Counted from the whole stretch's first letter, positions 41,701 through 55,673 are shown. The stretch: 63,412 bases of DNA, filler included, from Octopus bimaculoides (GCF_001194135.2; 3 parts of 3 records of this genome joined end to end with filler, not necessarily neighbours in it); one strand, 5' to 3'. The notes: generated from the letters alone by a model not told the origin. Program-made: numbers and translations.

Positions 41701-42828
41701 TCGATATCTGAGCAGGTAAAAACATTCAACATGAAATTGAAGCTCAACCAAAGCTAACAGATGACGTGGATTCCCGCCATTGAATTGTAACGAAATGCAT
41801 CTCGATTGCAGCTGTTTAAAGAAAACGTGTATCGGGTATCGTTTCTGCCACCAGTGAATGTCTTAGAGAATTTTATTGTTGCTTGCCTGGGTATTTGATA
41901 TAAGAATTGGATCTGTGGATAAATCTGTATACGATTTCATCAAACGTCTCTGAATTTCTGTGGGACCAGAAAAAGGGACCAGAACTCACAAAGCAATGGT
42001 TAGAAACAGCCGAGAAGAGTTCGAACTGGAGGAATGGAAGTGAATTTCTAATGGCGTAATTTACTTTTCGTTCAACTGGTGTCTTGGATCGAAACGGTTA
42101 CATCAAAGGTACTTTGGCTCTGGGATACCTTAATCACTAAGGAAGATGCAGATTGTCATGCAGACAGTTGCACACGGGTATCCATTAGAGGGTATCTGGA
42201 TGCAGCCCGGCTCTCTTACAATGTGACGATTTCAGAGCTGAAACACTTGTATGTTGTGTGTCTGTGGATGGGGGTCGGAGTTTCTTCTTCTCTGAAGGCC
42301 TTCTACTTTTCATCTCGCTCAATAACTTCTTAGTGCAGAAGCTACCCCAGTCCACCCAGGTGTAAAGGAATCCCCATGCGACAGTTTTGCGAACCGATCT
42401 GGAGAGATGTTGTGGTCTCGGTCATATATTCGCCATAGAAACCCGAGACCAGCTCTGGTTCTATTAGACCTCGGACTCGACGTAATAATATTCCAGAGAC
42501 TTTTTTACTATACGATGCAGATAAGAATGGATCTTGGCTTTAAAACTAAATGGTGACAGCGACTGACGTGTTCCAGTCTTATAAAACCTCTTTAGCTAAG
42601 ACTGAACCACGGAGCTCTAACTAAGAAAGCGTTTTTAGACATCATTCAATATAATTAAATACGTTAACTTTTAAAGAAACGAGAGTTATGGAAGCTGGTT
42701 GGAAATGAAATAGCCTTGGAATGAGTTCTGAATCTTGTAAAAGAGTGGAAGAGAGTTTCCGTAGAAACAACAACAGTAACAACATTAACAGTGGCACCAC
42801 CACCGTCTTTTCTTTAGTCGCATTTCCG

Positions 42829-43065
42829 TTTTCTCTTCTTCTTTCCCTCCTCCATACTTTTTTCTTCTTCTTTCCCTCCTCCATACTTTTCTCTTCTTCT
42901 TTCCCTCCTCCATACTTTTCTCTTCTTCTCTCCCTCCTCCATACTTTTTTCTTCTTCTTTCCCTCCTCCATACTTTTCTCTTCTTCTTTCCCTCCTCCAT
43001 ACTTTTCTCTTCTTCTTTCCCTCCTCCATACTTTTCTCTTCTTCTTTCCCTCCTCCATACTTTTC
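42829..43065. repeat. 29-bp CT-rich minisatellite (about 8 units, runs into gap)
   Basis: Unit CTTTTCTCTTCTTCTTTCCCTCCTCCATA. Confidence 0.9.
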
Positions 43066-44084
43066 NNNNNNNNNNNNNNNNNNNNNNNNNNNNNNNNNNN
43101 NNNNNNNNNTTAATTAATTAANNNNNNNNNNNNNNNNNNNNNNNNNNNNNNNNNNNNNNNNNNNNTATATGTATTTATATTTATATGTATATGCATACAC
43201 ACACACACACACACACGCATATATATGAATATGTATATTTTGCAATCAAATATAAAAAAGAACACTGACACAAAATTCCAATGACAATGGTATTAGTTAA
43301 AAGCTTGAAGAGAAAAAGAAGTAAATGTATTCAACGTTTTGGGTAGAAGTCTTTCATCAAAATCAGGAAAGGAATGAATAAGAGGAAAATGGAAAGAGGG
43401 TAAAAATGAAAACTGAAAGATCCTTGTATAATCAGAGCTAGCACCGTTATGAGTTCAAACATTTTAATTTAGACCTCAGCTTGCAGCAGTTAATAAATTA
43501 ACTGTTTTCTCTGAAAATAAAAAAAATAAAATTCATCTTTTTCAATGTTTCTTTCCAGCAATAAATTTTGAATTATACCCCACAATATTGAATATTATTC
43601 TAAAAAAGAAAAAAACCAAAAATAGAAAATAATCTGTTTTATTAAACTCCATCATTATTGCTTTCTAATCTCCATTTGTATTCATTGATATTAAACTTTT
43701 ATATAATCTCCCACATAACTTTTAATTCTATTTACATTTAAATACTGCCATAACAGAGCAATTTTGATGAAGCAGCTTTATTAAAAACCGCATCGTTATA
43801 ATATATATCAATCTGCATTCAAAATTCATTTGCACACTTTTAATCATTGTAATGTCCACCTCCCCATGCTAGTATGGCCCCGACAGGGTTTACTAAGGCA
43901 GATTTTCCTGTTGCCTGCCTTTACCTGTTTCCAAGTAATGTGACATTTCCTCAATGACTGGACATGTTTTTCACAGAAATGAATGACACTGCTTGTATGA
44001 CAATGGCACTCGTTTACAATGAACACACAGTGCTATGACTAGAAGACACACATGCATGCACACACACGTGATAGGCTTGTTTTG

Positions 44085-44700
44085 CTTTCTATCTACCAGA
44101 TCCACTCACAAGGCTTTGGTTGGTTTGGGGCTACAGTAAAAGATACTTGTCCAAGGCACCACACAGTGGGACTGAACCTCAAAACCATATGGTTGGGAAG
44201 TCAAATCTTCCACCCACATATGAATATACATATCGAACTAAGTGCAACATATCCTTTTCTACTCTAAGCACAAGACCCGAAATTTGGGGGGAGGAGGCCA
44301 GTCAATTAAGTTGACCCCAGTACACAACTGGTATTTAATTTATCGACTCTGAAAGGATAAAAAGCAAAGTCGACATTGGTAGAATTTGAACTCAGAACGT
44401 AAAGACAGACAAAATACCGCTAAGCATTTTGCCCAATGTGCTAATGTCTCTGCCAGCTCGTTGCCTTCAAAGTGTAATATATTCTTTTCTACTCTAGGTA
44501 CAAGACCCGAAATTTTTGGGGAGAGGGCCAGTTCATTAGATCGACCTCAGTATGCAACTGGTACTTAATTTACCGACCCTGAAAAGATGAAAAGCAAAGC
44601 TGACTTTGGTGGAATTTGAACTCAGAATGTAAAGACAGACGAAATACTACTAAGCATTTCACCCGGTGTGCTAATGATTCTGCCAGCTCACTGCCTTCAA
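44085..44700 (-). mobile_element. SINE cluster: one family-1 head and two tandem family-2 copies
   Basis: Family 2 reverse complement: GGCAGCGAGCTGGCAGA...TTAGCA...TTCTGAGTTCAAATTC...CTTTCAG/GGGTCGATAAATTAA; copies at about 44240-44470 and 44480-44700. Confidence 0.75.
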
Positions 44701-45351
44701 AGTGCAATATATCACCAAGGCAACTTAGATTTAAATTAGAATGCCACATTAATAAATATTTCAATAATATGATCACAAATCCAACTAAGAATAAGTATCT
44801 GTTAGAATAAAACTCATTCTGATAGAGACATACACTTCAAGATATTTTATAATAATTCTACTTCGGAGATGTAATTGCCAGGCTAGTGATTTGATCTGAG
44901 ACTTTGTTGGAACTAAAGCAATTACTGTGGCACATATTAGTCATTCAAAACCATACAAAGACTCTTATCTTCTCTTAATCATTATTTGGTGTTGAAATTT
45001 TCCTCCCACAATCGGTGACCTGGTCACTGACATAGTTCTACTCGCAGTTGGTCTGAGATGAAGCTGTTGACCAATGTATATATGTCTCTGGGTTTTAAAT
45101 ATAATTTCTCTCTCTGTCTCTTTTCTCTCTGTCTCTTTTCTCTGTCTCTTTCTCTCTGTCATCACTTGGTGCTCATAGAAGATAAGTTAATTCGGTTTTT
45201 GGTTGAAATTCCTCTACTCATTCTTCAGTTCCTTAGTGAAGGTGCATACGTGAGTGGTTAGGATATTCTTTCGCCGAACCGCTAAGTTACAGGGACGTAA
45301 ACACATCGGCATTGGTTGTCAAGCAATATTGGGGGGACAAATACAGACACA

Positions 45352-45407
<56 letters not shown>

Positions 45408-46426
45408 NNNNNNNNNNNNNNNNNNNNNNNNNNNNNNNNNNNNNNNNNNNNNNNNNNNNNNNNNNNNNNNNNNNNNNNNNNNNNNNNNNNNNNNNNNNNN
45501 NNNNNNNNNNNNNNNNNNNNNNNNNNNNNNNNNNNNNNNNNNNNNNNNNNNNNNNNNNNNNNNNNNNNNNNNNNNNNNNNNNNNNNNNNNNNNNNNNNNN
45601 NNNNNNNNNNNNNNNNNNNNNNNNNNNNNNNNNNNNNNNNNNNNNNNNNNNNNNNNNNNNNNNNNNNNNNNNNNNNNNNNNNNNNNNNNNNNNNNNNNNN
45701 NNNNNNNNNNNNNNNNNNNNNNNNNNNNNNNNNNNNNNNNNNNNNNNNNNNNNNNNNNNNNNNNNNNNNNNNNNNNNNNNNNNNNNNNNNNNNNNNNNNN
45801 NNNNNNNNNNNNNNNNNNNNNNNNNNNNNNNNNNNNNNNNNNNNNNNNNNNNNNNNNNNNNNNNNNNNNNNNNNNNNNNNNNNNNNNNNNNNNNNNNNNN
45901 NNNNNNNNNNNNNNNNNCAATTATGGTTGCAATGAACAACAGCTGATAGTTTTGTATTTAAATTCTTACAGTTTTATTTAATTTCTTGCTTTTACATTTT
46001 GTATTCCATGTTAATATTTTGAAGAATTTTCATCTGATGTCAAAGAGTCATTCAAAAGAAAAATGAAACTCTGTTATTAAAACTATGTTGTTATGGGTTT
46101 TCTAATCTCTGTTCGGAATCAGGCTCACACTCCTTCAACATGGCCTCACATGCCTCTTTAATATATTCATACATTTAACCGAATGCCCTTGATGGTATCA
46201 TCATCATCGTCATCGTCAGCGTCAGCGTCATTGTCGTCGTCATCGTCATCATGTCATCATCATCATCATCGTCATTATCATCATCATCGTTGTCATCAGC
46301 ATCCTCGTTGACATGTCATCATCATCATCGTTGTCATGTCATCATCATAGTCGTCATGTCATCATCATCCTCGTCATCATCATCATGTCTTCATCATCAT
46401 CAATGTTGCTGTCATCATCAACATTG

Positions 46427-46461
<35 letters not shown>

Positions 46462-46699
46462 GTCGTCCTCCCCATCATCATCATTGTCCTCCTCCTCATC
46501 ATCATTGTCATCATTGTCATCATTGTCATCATCATCATCATCATCGTCATTGTCATCGTCTAATATCCTTTCCTATGCTGGCATTGGCTGGATGCTTTGG
46601 TGTGGTTGCCATGGCTGGATGCCCTTCCTCACACAGAACACTTTACAGTGCCTACAGGGTTCTCATCAGGTAATACCAGCAGTGGTGTGGGTCACCGAA

Positions 46700-47050
46700 T
46701 AACTTGCTAGACAAGACCCCTTGAGGGGGTGGCTTAGAACCAGGTGATGAGAAGTTAGAGTATGAATAGGGAAACAGAAACAGGTGTCTTGTAGCAGAGG
46801 AGATGCATGGTTACCTTCTTTGGGTCCCACTGACTCATAAGGGCCAGGTTCGTGGTTTCATGGTGTATATATTTCTCACCTGGATGGGACACTGGTCCTT
46901 CGCAGGATAACTCAATTTTGCTGGTTGAGTGGACTGGAGCAATGTGAAATGAAGTGTTTCGATCAAGAACACAACTAGTTGCCCAGTCCAGGAATTGAAA
47001 CCATGATCTTATGACCATGAGTCCAACACTCTAACCACTAAGCCATGCAC
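46700..47050 (-). mobile_element. tRNA-derived SINE (family 3)
   Basis: Reverse complement head GTGGTGCATGGCTTAGTGGTTAGAGTGTTGGACTCATGGTC...GGTTTCAATTCC. Confidence 0.7.
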
Positions 47051-47087
47051 CACCACTACCTCAGAGGGAGAGAGAGACAAAGGAGAG

Positions 47088-47149
<62 letters not shown>

Positions 47150-47393
47150 AGGTGGTGAAAATGTGATGGGGTATCTACCCAAGTTCAGTGCTGTCTTAAG
47201 GCATAGACACACTGAGCAGTTGCCAGGGGCCTCACAAGTCTAGGGACCCACTGTTAATTTTTAATGCATCCTCACTGATATTATGACATTATCTGGACCC
47301 CCCCTCCAAATAACAAAATTCGCTTTTATTAAACTGCCGTGTTATGACTTATATAATTGTTGTTATTCAAATTCTTCAATGCTATGCCTTAAA

Positions 47394-47568
47394 CCCTTAA
47401 TATTTAACTTGGTCAGATCCAGCCTCTCACACCTACTCTACAATGTCATTCTAAAAGTAACCAATCACATCATTGAAATCTCAAAACTATGAGATAATCC
47501 ATAATTAATTCAAAGCAATGGGGATAAAGAAGGATTACTTTTGACAGAATAATCTGAATGTTGAAGGG
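47394..47568. mobile_element. piggyBac-type MITE
   Basis: TTAA(A)CCCTTAATATTTA ... TGAATGTTGAAGGG-TTAA: CCCTT/AAGGG termini with TTAA target sites. Confidence 0.55.
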
Positions 47569-48129
47569 TTAAAAACAATCTTCCTTGTGACAGTAAAACC
47601 ATTTTTAGTTGCTGGATGAACACAAGATCACGTTTATGTGGGTGTTTTCCCCTTTTCTGCAAAGACTCAGCTAATTGACTACTTGTAATGTCTCCAAGGA
47701 GAACAATTCCAAATTTGGCATCTGCCATTAATTAGCTGACATTTTATAGAACCATACGTTTCTTTCATGATTCCTCAATACTGAAATGTAAAGTAGACAG
47801 ACAGTAGAAACCTCGAGTTTTGGGTGTGTGAGAAGATCTTCATGGCTTATAGCTGAAGCTTTTAATTTCTGCCACAACACTCATCAAAGGATATTGTTGT
47901 GTCTCATTCATTATGTTCTTTCATCTCCTCCTACATTTGTCTTCCATCTCTATTTTAAAAAATAGCAATCTGAGGTAGAAATATTCCTGCACAAAAGAAA
48001 AGGGAATTCATATAGAATATGTAATGATATCATTTACTATCTAATTACCTTATAATGGTTCCCAAATTTCTGTTCAACTTCATTTATACAACACCACAAA
48101 ATAAACTCACATAACTTTTTATCAATATA

Positions 48130-49013
48130 CGAGGTTTGATCTATAAGTACCCGGACTGTTGCCATAGTAACAAAGCTAAAGCATGCAGAGTGAATATGCT
48201 TGGCACAGATTGACCTTGAACACTACTGTGCATGTGCTGTAAGTTTTAACGTTCTAGCTCACTTCTGCTGTTTACAGCGGTGCTTGGAAGGAAAGTGTGT
48301 AGTGTATGATCGTTGCATTGACCATGACAGGGTAAGTTGTCATGGCGATGCCTGCTTAGAAGCCTACGCAAAGTTGCAGAAAGTGTATGGAGAAAAGTGT
48401 ATGAGCTGCACACAAGTGTATGGAGAGTGGTTCAGACGTTTCCAAGATGGTCGGAAAAAGGTCAATATTGATGAACATTGTGGGAGACCCACAACCAGCA
48501 GAACTGAGAAAAACACTGCAGATGTGCATGCAGCTGTGAGGTGAAATCGTTGAATCACCATCCGTTAGTTATCAGAGGATGTGCAGATTAATTACGGTTC
48601 AGTTCAGTCCATTATCACTGAAGATTTGGATATGCGACGCGTGTCTGCCAAGTTTGTGCCAAAACTGTTTTCAGCTGACCAAAAAGACACTTGGGTTTCA
48701 GTTGCACAAGATCTTGATTGTGTCGAGAACGATGAAAACATTTTGAAAACTTTGCCTAGGTCACTGAGCAGGTATCGCCAAGCTTTTAGCAAAATTTGAT
48801 GCAGATTCTCTGCTCAACTTTCTCTGTCATGGCCATCATGATGATCACACACTACACACCTTCCTTCCAAGCACTGCTGTAAACAACGGAACGTTAAAAC
48901 TTAGTGTGCATGCACCACAGAGTTCAAAGTCAACCTGTGTCAAGCAGCTTTACTCTGCGTATTTCAGCTTCGTTACTATGACAACATTCCGGATACTTAT
49001 TGACCAAACCATG
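48130..49013 (+). mobile_element. mariner derivative with two 5' ends (long inverted arms), TA target duplication
   Basis: TA at 48128-48129 and 49014-49015; transposase N-terminus ...EWFRRFQDGR...GRPTTS...RRVSAKFVPKL (WVPHEL-like motif); right arm 48750-49013 is an inverted copy of the 5' end. Confidence 0.85.
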
Positions 49014-49719
49014 TACACATAGCTTGTAGAAAAAGAAATAAGTGTAATCCACTCCTAGCTTCTCCAGTTTTTTCCCCGTCACTTGTTACAGGCAGGTCTT
49101 CCTCCATCTTTAAACATATCCTCTCATTTGGAACATCACCCTCTATCTCCTTTGTACTACTTATATTCCCCCACCTGTTCCCTGTGGGTAGGCCCCGATA
49201 CATCTCCACTATCATCTATTTCTCTCTCCCTCTCTCCTTTTGATCGTCTCTCAATTCCTAACTCTCTCCCATTTTCCTTCTCTTTCTGGCGTGGCCAAGT
49301 ATTTCCTATTATAATAAGGCAACTATTTCCGTTCCTCTATCATACTCTAACCTTTTGCCAGGCACACATCCACTGTCCCCAGCTCCACTCCCTCTCCCAA
49401 CTAAGAAGTCTTTGTCTTGCAATTTACTTACCACACAGGCACTCCTGCACCTATATATATATANNNNNNNNNNNNNNNNNNNNNNNNNNNNNNNNNNNNN
49501 NNNNNNNNNNNNNNNNNNNNNNNNNNNNNNNNNNNNNNNNNNNNNNNNNNNNNNNNNNNNNNNNNNNNNNNNNNNNNNNNNNNNNNNNNNNNNNNNNNNN
49601 NNNNNNNNNNNNNNNNNNNNNNNNNNNNNNNNNNNNNNNNNNNNNNNNNNNNNNNNNNNNNNNNNNNNNNNNNNNNTATATATATTTATATATATATATA
49701 TATATATATCATCATCATC

Positions 49720-49850
49720 ATCATCATTCAATGTCCGCTTTCCATGCTAGCATGGGTTGGATGATTTGACTGAGGACTGGCGAACCAGATGGCTACACCA
49801 GGCTCCAATCTGATCTGGCAGAGTTTCTACAGCTGGATGCCCTTCCTACA
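49720..49850 (-). mobile_element. SINE (family 4) 3' end with (GAT)n tail
   Basis: (cat)n-tcaatgtccgctttccatgctagcatgggttggatg; same tail at 52150-52200 (+), 56040 and 60820. Confidence 0.7.
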
Positions 49851-51598
49851 TGCACACACACACATGCATGCACGTTCACACACACATACACACAAAGATT
49901 TCTTAAGGTGCACTGATTTGACCAATCAGAATCAGTGTTAATGAAACCCCTAATTGTTCTCTGACTTTGGATGTTTGTCAGTGATATTCATTTTACAGAA
50001 TATTTTAAAATTAACGATCAATTATTGTTTATGAAATCGAGTTGGTTGCTTGACTAAACATTATCAGTTTCAAGCAGCAATGCTTTCGTTTAGCTCTGGT
50101 ATAACTCTATTCATATTTTGCAAAACTACCAAATACATCATCATCATCATCACGTCAGATGAGACCAAACTCTGTAAACTCTGTAAAATAGATTCTCTTC
50201 TAAAGTTTATCTTTCATGGACAATCCTATCAATTCATAAAGCTCAGTCCCATCACTCTTTATCTGATGGTTACATCAAACAATTCCAGGTCAGGTGATAA
50301 ACGAAAAACACTATCATAAAACAACAAAGATTTCCTTGTATGTAGAACAGTGATTAATCTTTGATTCATTATAGAGAACAAAACCTTGTGCTGAATTAGA
50401 AAAGCTTTTTTGAAGCAGTGTATTAGTTATACAATTGTTTTATATATCAGACTGTATAAATATATAAAAGTGCCTATTATCTCAGGTATTAAGCCACTTG
50501 GTACTTGATAAGCTATTATCACAGAACGGAAGAAAACTGACGTTTTTAATGTAAAATTGATGAAATCTCAAATATTTTTACTGACACTACCAATCGGTTC
50601 TGTTTACCATATTTATTTCTCTCCAGTTAGGGTTGGCAACTAAATTATCTTTACAACCCATAAAAACTAATATATTCTACACAACACTGAAGTCTTCTAT
50701 CGTAATGTCTATTCTAGGCTGGAAAATATATTTCATTTGATAGTTTACAGAGATATTTAGAGGGGTGAACAAAATGACTTGTGGTTAATAAGTTCAACTG
50801 TCTTTACTCTAGCTTTAAATCCTTTTGAGGTGGTCTCTACTTTCCACCTTTGGCAGATTGGCAGAATTGTTTTGGAAGAGATGTTTTCTCTGCTTATTCT
50901 GGCTCTTTGTATTGTGGGTTCAAATTCCTGTATAGCTTTCTGATTTGGTCATAAACGGCAAATACAGACAGGACACAGATGTGTGTCGATAGCCAGCTGG
51001 AGGAGATGTCCTCCTGGGGCTAAAAGCAACAGTAACATCCACCCCTCGGGGTCAACCAAATATACTTCACTTTATCGTGCAGTTACTGTTAATACCTCGT
51101 TCAGAGATTTAACATTGCTTGTTTTCACTTTTTCGATATCGGTGAATAATTTCACTGGAAAAAGTTATATATATTTGCCAAGGGATGTCTTTTGCATCGA
51201 AGGTCGGCGATTGTCGTACGCTGAAGAAGGGAAATAACCCTGAAACTCGAGTACGTACGTATCGTAGATCAAGATGGGAAAGATAACTTCCCTTGGCAAA
51301 TACAGACAGGACACAGATGTGTGTCGATAGCCAGCTGGAGGAGNNNNNNNNNNNNNNNNNNNNNNNNNNNNNNNNNNNNNNNNNNNNNNNNNNNNNNNNN
51401 NNNNNNNNNNNNNNNNNNNNNNNNNNNNNNNNNNNNNNNNNNNNNNNNNNNNNNNNNNNNNNNNNNNNNNNNNNNNNNNNNNNNNNNNNNNNNNNNNNNN
51501 NNNNNNNNNNNNNNNNNNNNNNNNNNNNNNNNNNNNNNNNNNNNNNNNNNNNNNNNNNNNNNNNNNNNNNNNNNNNNNNNNNNNNNNNNNNNNNNNNN

Positions 51599-51660
<62 letters not shown>

Positions 51661-51789
51661 CAGACATGCTTTGGTTGGCATGGAGCTATAATAGAAGACA
51701 TCAAGGTGCCACGTAATAGGATTGAAATCGGAATCTTGTGGTTGGGAAGCAAACTTCTTACCACACAACCACACCGGACCAAATTCGAT

Positions 51790-52200
51790 GACTGGCACCT
51801 GTGCCGGTGGAGCGCTAACAGCACCATCCAAGCGGGATCACTTCCATGCCAGTGGCACGTAAAAAGCACCATTTGAGCGCGATCGTTTCCAGCTTCGCCT
51901 TACTGGCACTCGTGTTGGTGGCATGTGAACAAAACATTGGACTGACTCCTGTGCAGGTGGCACGTAAAAAACATCATTTCAGCATGGCCATTGCCAGTAC
52001 CGCCGGACTGGCCCACGTGCCGATGGCACGTAAAAAGCACCCACTACACTCTCAGAATGGTTGGCGTTACGAAGGGCATCCAACTGTAAAAACTCTGCCA
52101 GATCAGATTGGAGTCTGGTGTAGCCATCTGGTTCACCAGTCCTCAGTCAAATCGTCCAACCCATGCTAGCATGGAAAGCAGACGTTAAATGATGATGATA
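51790..52200 (+). mobile_element. SINE (family 4) with internal GTGGCACGTAAAAAGCAC repeats
   Basis: Four degenerate copies of the 18-mer, then the family-4 3' end and a gatgatgat tail. Confidence 0.65.
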
Positions 52201-53214
52201 CCAGGCACAAGTGCAACCAAGGCAGTTTATGGAAGACCAGCAGTCACCCATACATACCAGACTCCCCTCTCCACACCACTGATGTTATCCAAGGGAAAGG
52301 CAATGGGGCTGATACACCCTAGCACCGGTGACATCGCAACTCATTTCTACAGCTGAGTGAACCGGAGCAACGTGAAATAAAGTGTCTTGCTCAAGAGCAC
52401 AACACACAGCCCTGTCCAGGGATCAAACTCACAACCTCATAATCAAACGATTTTGTTGGTTTTCCCTGACAAGAGTCAATCATCATCAACAGGTCAGGTA
52501 GCAAAGAGAAAACTCTATCACCTGTTGATAATTATGTTTGTATGTGTGAAACCGAAATTATTTAACAACAGTTGAAATCAAATGTAATAAGTCAAATTCC
52601 AACAATTACCATAGTTCTACATCTAAATATTGAATATGTTTGGAATATGTGTGCCTCGTGTACTTTCCAGCGGATCTGATGTTTTGCTGAGGCCAACAGA
52701 CTTTAGCGTAAATGGAGGAAATGAGAATTATGTTCACCATTCAGAGAACTTTCTATTTATTGGTGATAATTACACTTATACATACATGCATACGTACATA
52801 CATACATACATACATATATATGTATACATATTCAGTCACACACACACTTGTCTGTATACATACATACATACATATATACGTACATACATTTATATACATA
52901 CATTTATATATATATATATATATATATATATNNNNNNNNNNNNNNNNNNNNNNNNNNNNNNNNNNNNNNNNNNNNNNNNNNNNNNNNNNNNNNNNNNNNN
53001 NNNNNNNNNNNNNNNNNNNNNNNNNNNNNNNNNNNNNNNNNNNNNNNNNNNNNNNNNNNNNNNNNNNNNNNNNNNNNNNNNNNNNNNNNNNNNNNNNNNN
53101 NNNNNNNNNNNNNNNTATATATATATATTATATTACATTATACACATATACATATGTACATACACACATACATTTATATATATATATTATATTACATTAT
53201 ACATGTATACATAC

Positions 53215-53271
<57 letters not shown>

Positions 53272-53394
53272 GAAGAAAAGCAACAAAAATTCAATAGGTC
53301 ATAGCATATATATATATATATATACTAACTACCTGCATGTCTATCTATGTATTTATATATTTGTTTAACAATCTCTCTCTCCCTCCCCATAGAG

Positions 53395-53640
53395 GAAAAA
53401 TATCCTATCACCTTTAAACGTAGTGTGGACAGAATTCTTTAAGGAATACCAGATAAGCCATCCATACCTGGATACAACCCACTCAACAAGGACTCACTAC
53501 TTGAATAGACCATAAACAAAACTTGATTTAAAATGGATTTAGATAATCCTATCAGGTGGTGCTATTAAGTTAGACATGACCTGGACCAATCTTTGGTTGA
53601 AACATATCTAAGTTTTATCTAAGTTTAATATATATAAGAC
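53395..53640 (+). mobile_element. CR1-like LINE 3' end
   Basis: FKRSVDRIL*GIPDKPSIPGYNPLNKDSLLE matches the terminal FK..LD..L..IPD.P..PGY....NSL motif of invertebrate CR1-type elements. Confidence 0.55.
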
Positions 53641-54713
53641 TTTTTCATTTTCCCAAGCATCAACCTAATACACTTGCTTGTTGTTCTATAAATCTTGAAT
53701 ATACATACACACACAAACACACATTATATACAATCAGTATTTACATATACATACATATTATATATCTATTAATATATTTAATATTGGTTTCAAACTTTGG
53801 CTCAAGGCCAGCAACATTCAGTGACTGGAGCAGGGATAAGATGATTACATCGACCCCAGGGCTAAACAGTAATTATTTTATTGACCTTGAAAGAATGAAG
53901 GGCAAAGTTGACCCTGGGTAGCATGTGTTTACTTATATATAAGTAAATGTGTGAGTACGACTGCAACTTTAAAGCTGAAACAAGTTAAAGAGTTACATAT
54001 ATATATATGAATAAATAAACAAATATATACATATGTATACATATATATATATATGCACGTTCATGTTACACAGACCTGTTGTGTGTGTTGTATATAGAAG
54101 TACATGCATTGACTTCTTATTAAATGTTGTTGGTGTTTGTTATGTATTTTTGTATGTTTTCTTTTACTGCTTCTTTTTTTTCTTTTCTTTTTTTTTCCTA
54201 TAGATTTCGCTGACAATATATTCCTGATATTGCATCTGAAATATTAGCTGGAAAATATCAAACTGCGTGATAAACTTGTAAATCTTCTCAGAAACATAAG
54301 CATCATAATTGAAGCTGGCTTATAACCAATATACAATTGGTTCTAGTTGCAGCTTGTTCTGTTAGGGGTGGAGGGCATGGGGGAGGCACAAATTTTCATA
54401 TTTTATGTTTTGTAGTCATTGTCGTAGGTTTTCTTTAGCATGAGGATGTTACCGAAATGATGGTGTGAGGGTCGTCATCGTTATCTTTATTGTCATATTA
54501 TTGTCATCATCATCAACAGCATCATCATCATCCTTATCGTCATCATTACCATGACAACGTCTTATTCCCTTGTCCTTATTACTACTTTCACCTCAACAGA
54601 CATTTTGTATATAGAAGAGTTCAAACACCAGGTTATTTTAGTATCGCTATGTCAAATGAAATGATAATTTACATATGTGTGTGTGTATATGTGTGTGTGT
54701 GTGTATATGTATA

Positions 54714-54748
<35 letters not shown>

Positions 54749-54776
54749 CATCAGATGATATATATATCATCATCGT

Positions 54777-54807
<31 letters not shown>

Positions 54808-54819
54808 TTACTCTTTTAC

Positions 54820-55205
54820 TTGTTTCAGTCATTTGACTGCGGCCATGCTGGAGCACTGCTTTTAGTCGAACAAATCGCCCCCCCAGGACTTATTTTTTGT
54901 AAGCCTAATACTTATTTTATTCGTCCCATTTTACCGAACCAATAAGTTACGGGGACGTAAACACACCAGCATCGGTTGTCAAACGATGTTTGTGGGGGGA
55001 GGACAAACACAGACACACACATACACATATATATATATACATATATACGATGGGCTTCTTTCAGTTTCCGTCTACCAAATCCACTCACAAGGTTTTGGTT
55101 GGCCTGAGACTATAGTAGAAGACACTTGCCCAAGATACCATACAGTGGGACTGAACCCGGAGCCATGTGGTTGGTAAGCAAGCTACTTACCACACAACCA
55201 CTCCT
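54820..55205 (-). mobile_element. tRNA-derived SINE (family 1), full length
   Basis: Complete tail-core-head order, with an internal CA/TA microsatellite. Confidence 0.85.
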
Positions 55206-55582
55206 ATGTAACTTCATTAGCTTACAGTTGTTTCTGCTATACAATGTTCAGTCTCTGAGTCACATCCCATAGCTTCATCAGAGCCTTGTATACGAAGCAC
55301 ATTTTATTTGGGAAAATGACATTTTCAGAACATGCAGGCATTAGGAGTGAGAAAGTTGATGTTGAAGCCTATGGGAAGATCTATCCAAATGCAGAGCTAC
55401 TTTCTTTAGTCATTGTGTGGTGATCACTATAAGCTTTAAGCTTATAAAATACTATTATTATTATTATTATTATTATTACAGAATTGTAAAAATTGACACT
55501 GCTTAACAAAACCGTTCGCAATAAAAGCACATGAAATACAAAAACAACTGAGAACTATTTATAGTTCTTAAATCTAGCACTA

Positions 55583-55673
55583 AGTTCGCAGGTGTAATTG
55601 GTAGCACACCTGGTCATATAATCAAATAGGTGTGGGTTCAAGTCCCATGAGTATGGGAATACCTACTTTTTTT
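55583..55673 (+). pseudogene. tRNA-like sequence with oligo-T terminator
   Basis: D arm GTGT-AATTGGTA-GCAC and T arm GTGGG-TTCAAGT-CCCAT intact; anticodon and acceptor stems degenerate; T7 at 55667-55673. Confidence 0.4.

Noticed and set aside
42642-43113. Repetitive K/E/R-rich ORFs
   Set aside because: Translation of a 29-bp minisatellite (unit not a multiple of 3).
47510-47728. ORF MADAKFGIVLLGDITSSQ... interrupted by the piggyBac MITE
   Set aside because: Short even after removing the MITE; no recognisable motif.
54204-54270. In-frame TGA (FR*QYIPDIASEILAGKY) as a selenocysteine exon
   Set aside because: No match to selenoprotein motifs I know and no SECIS identified.
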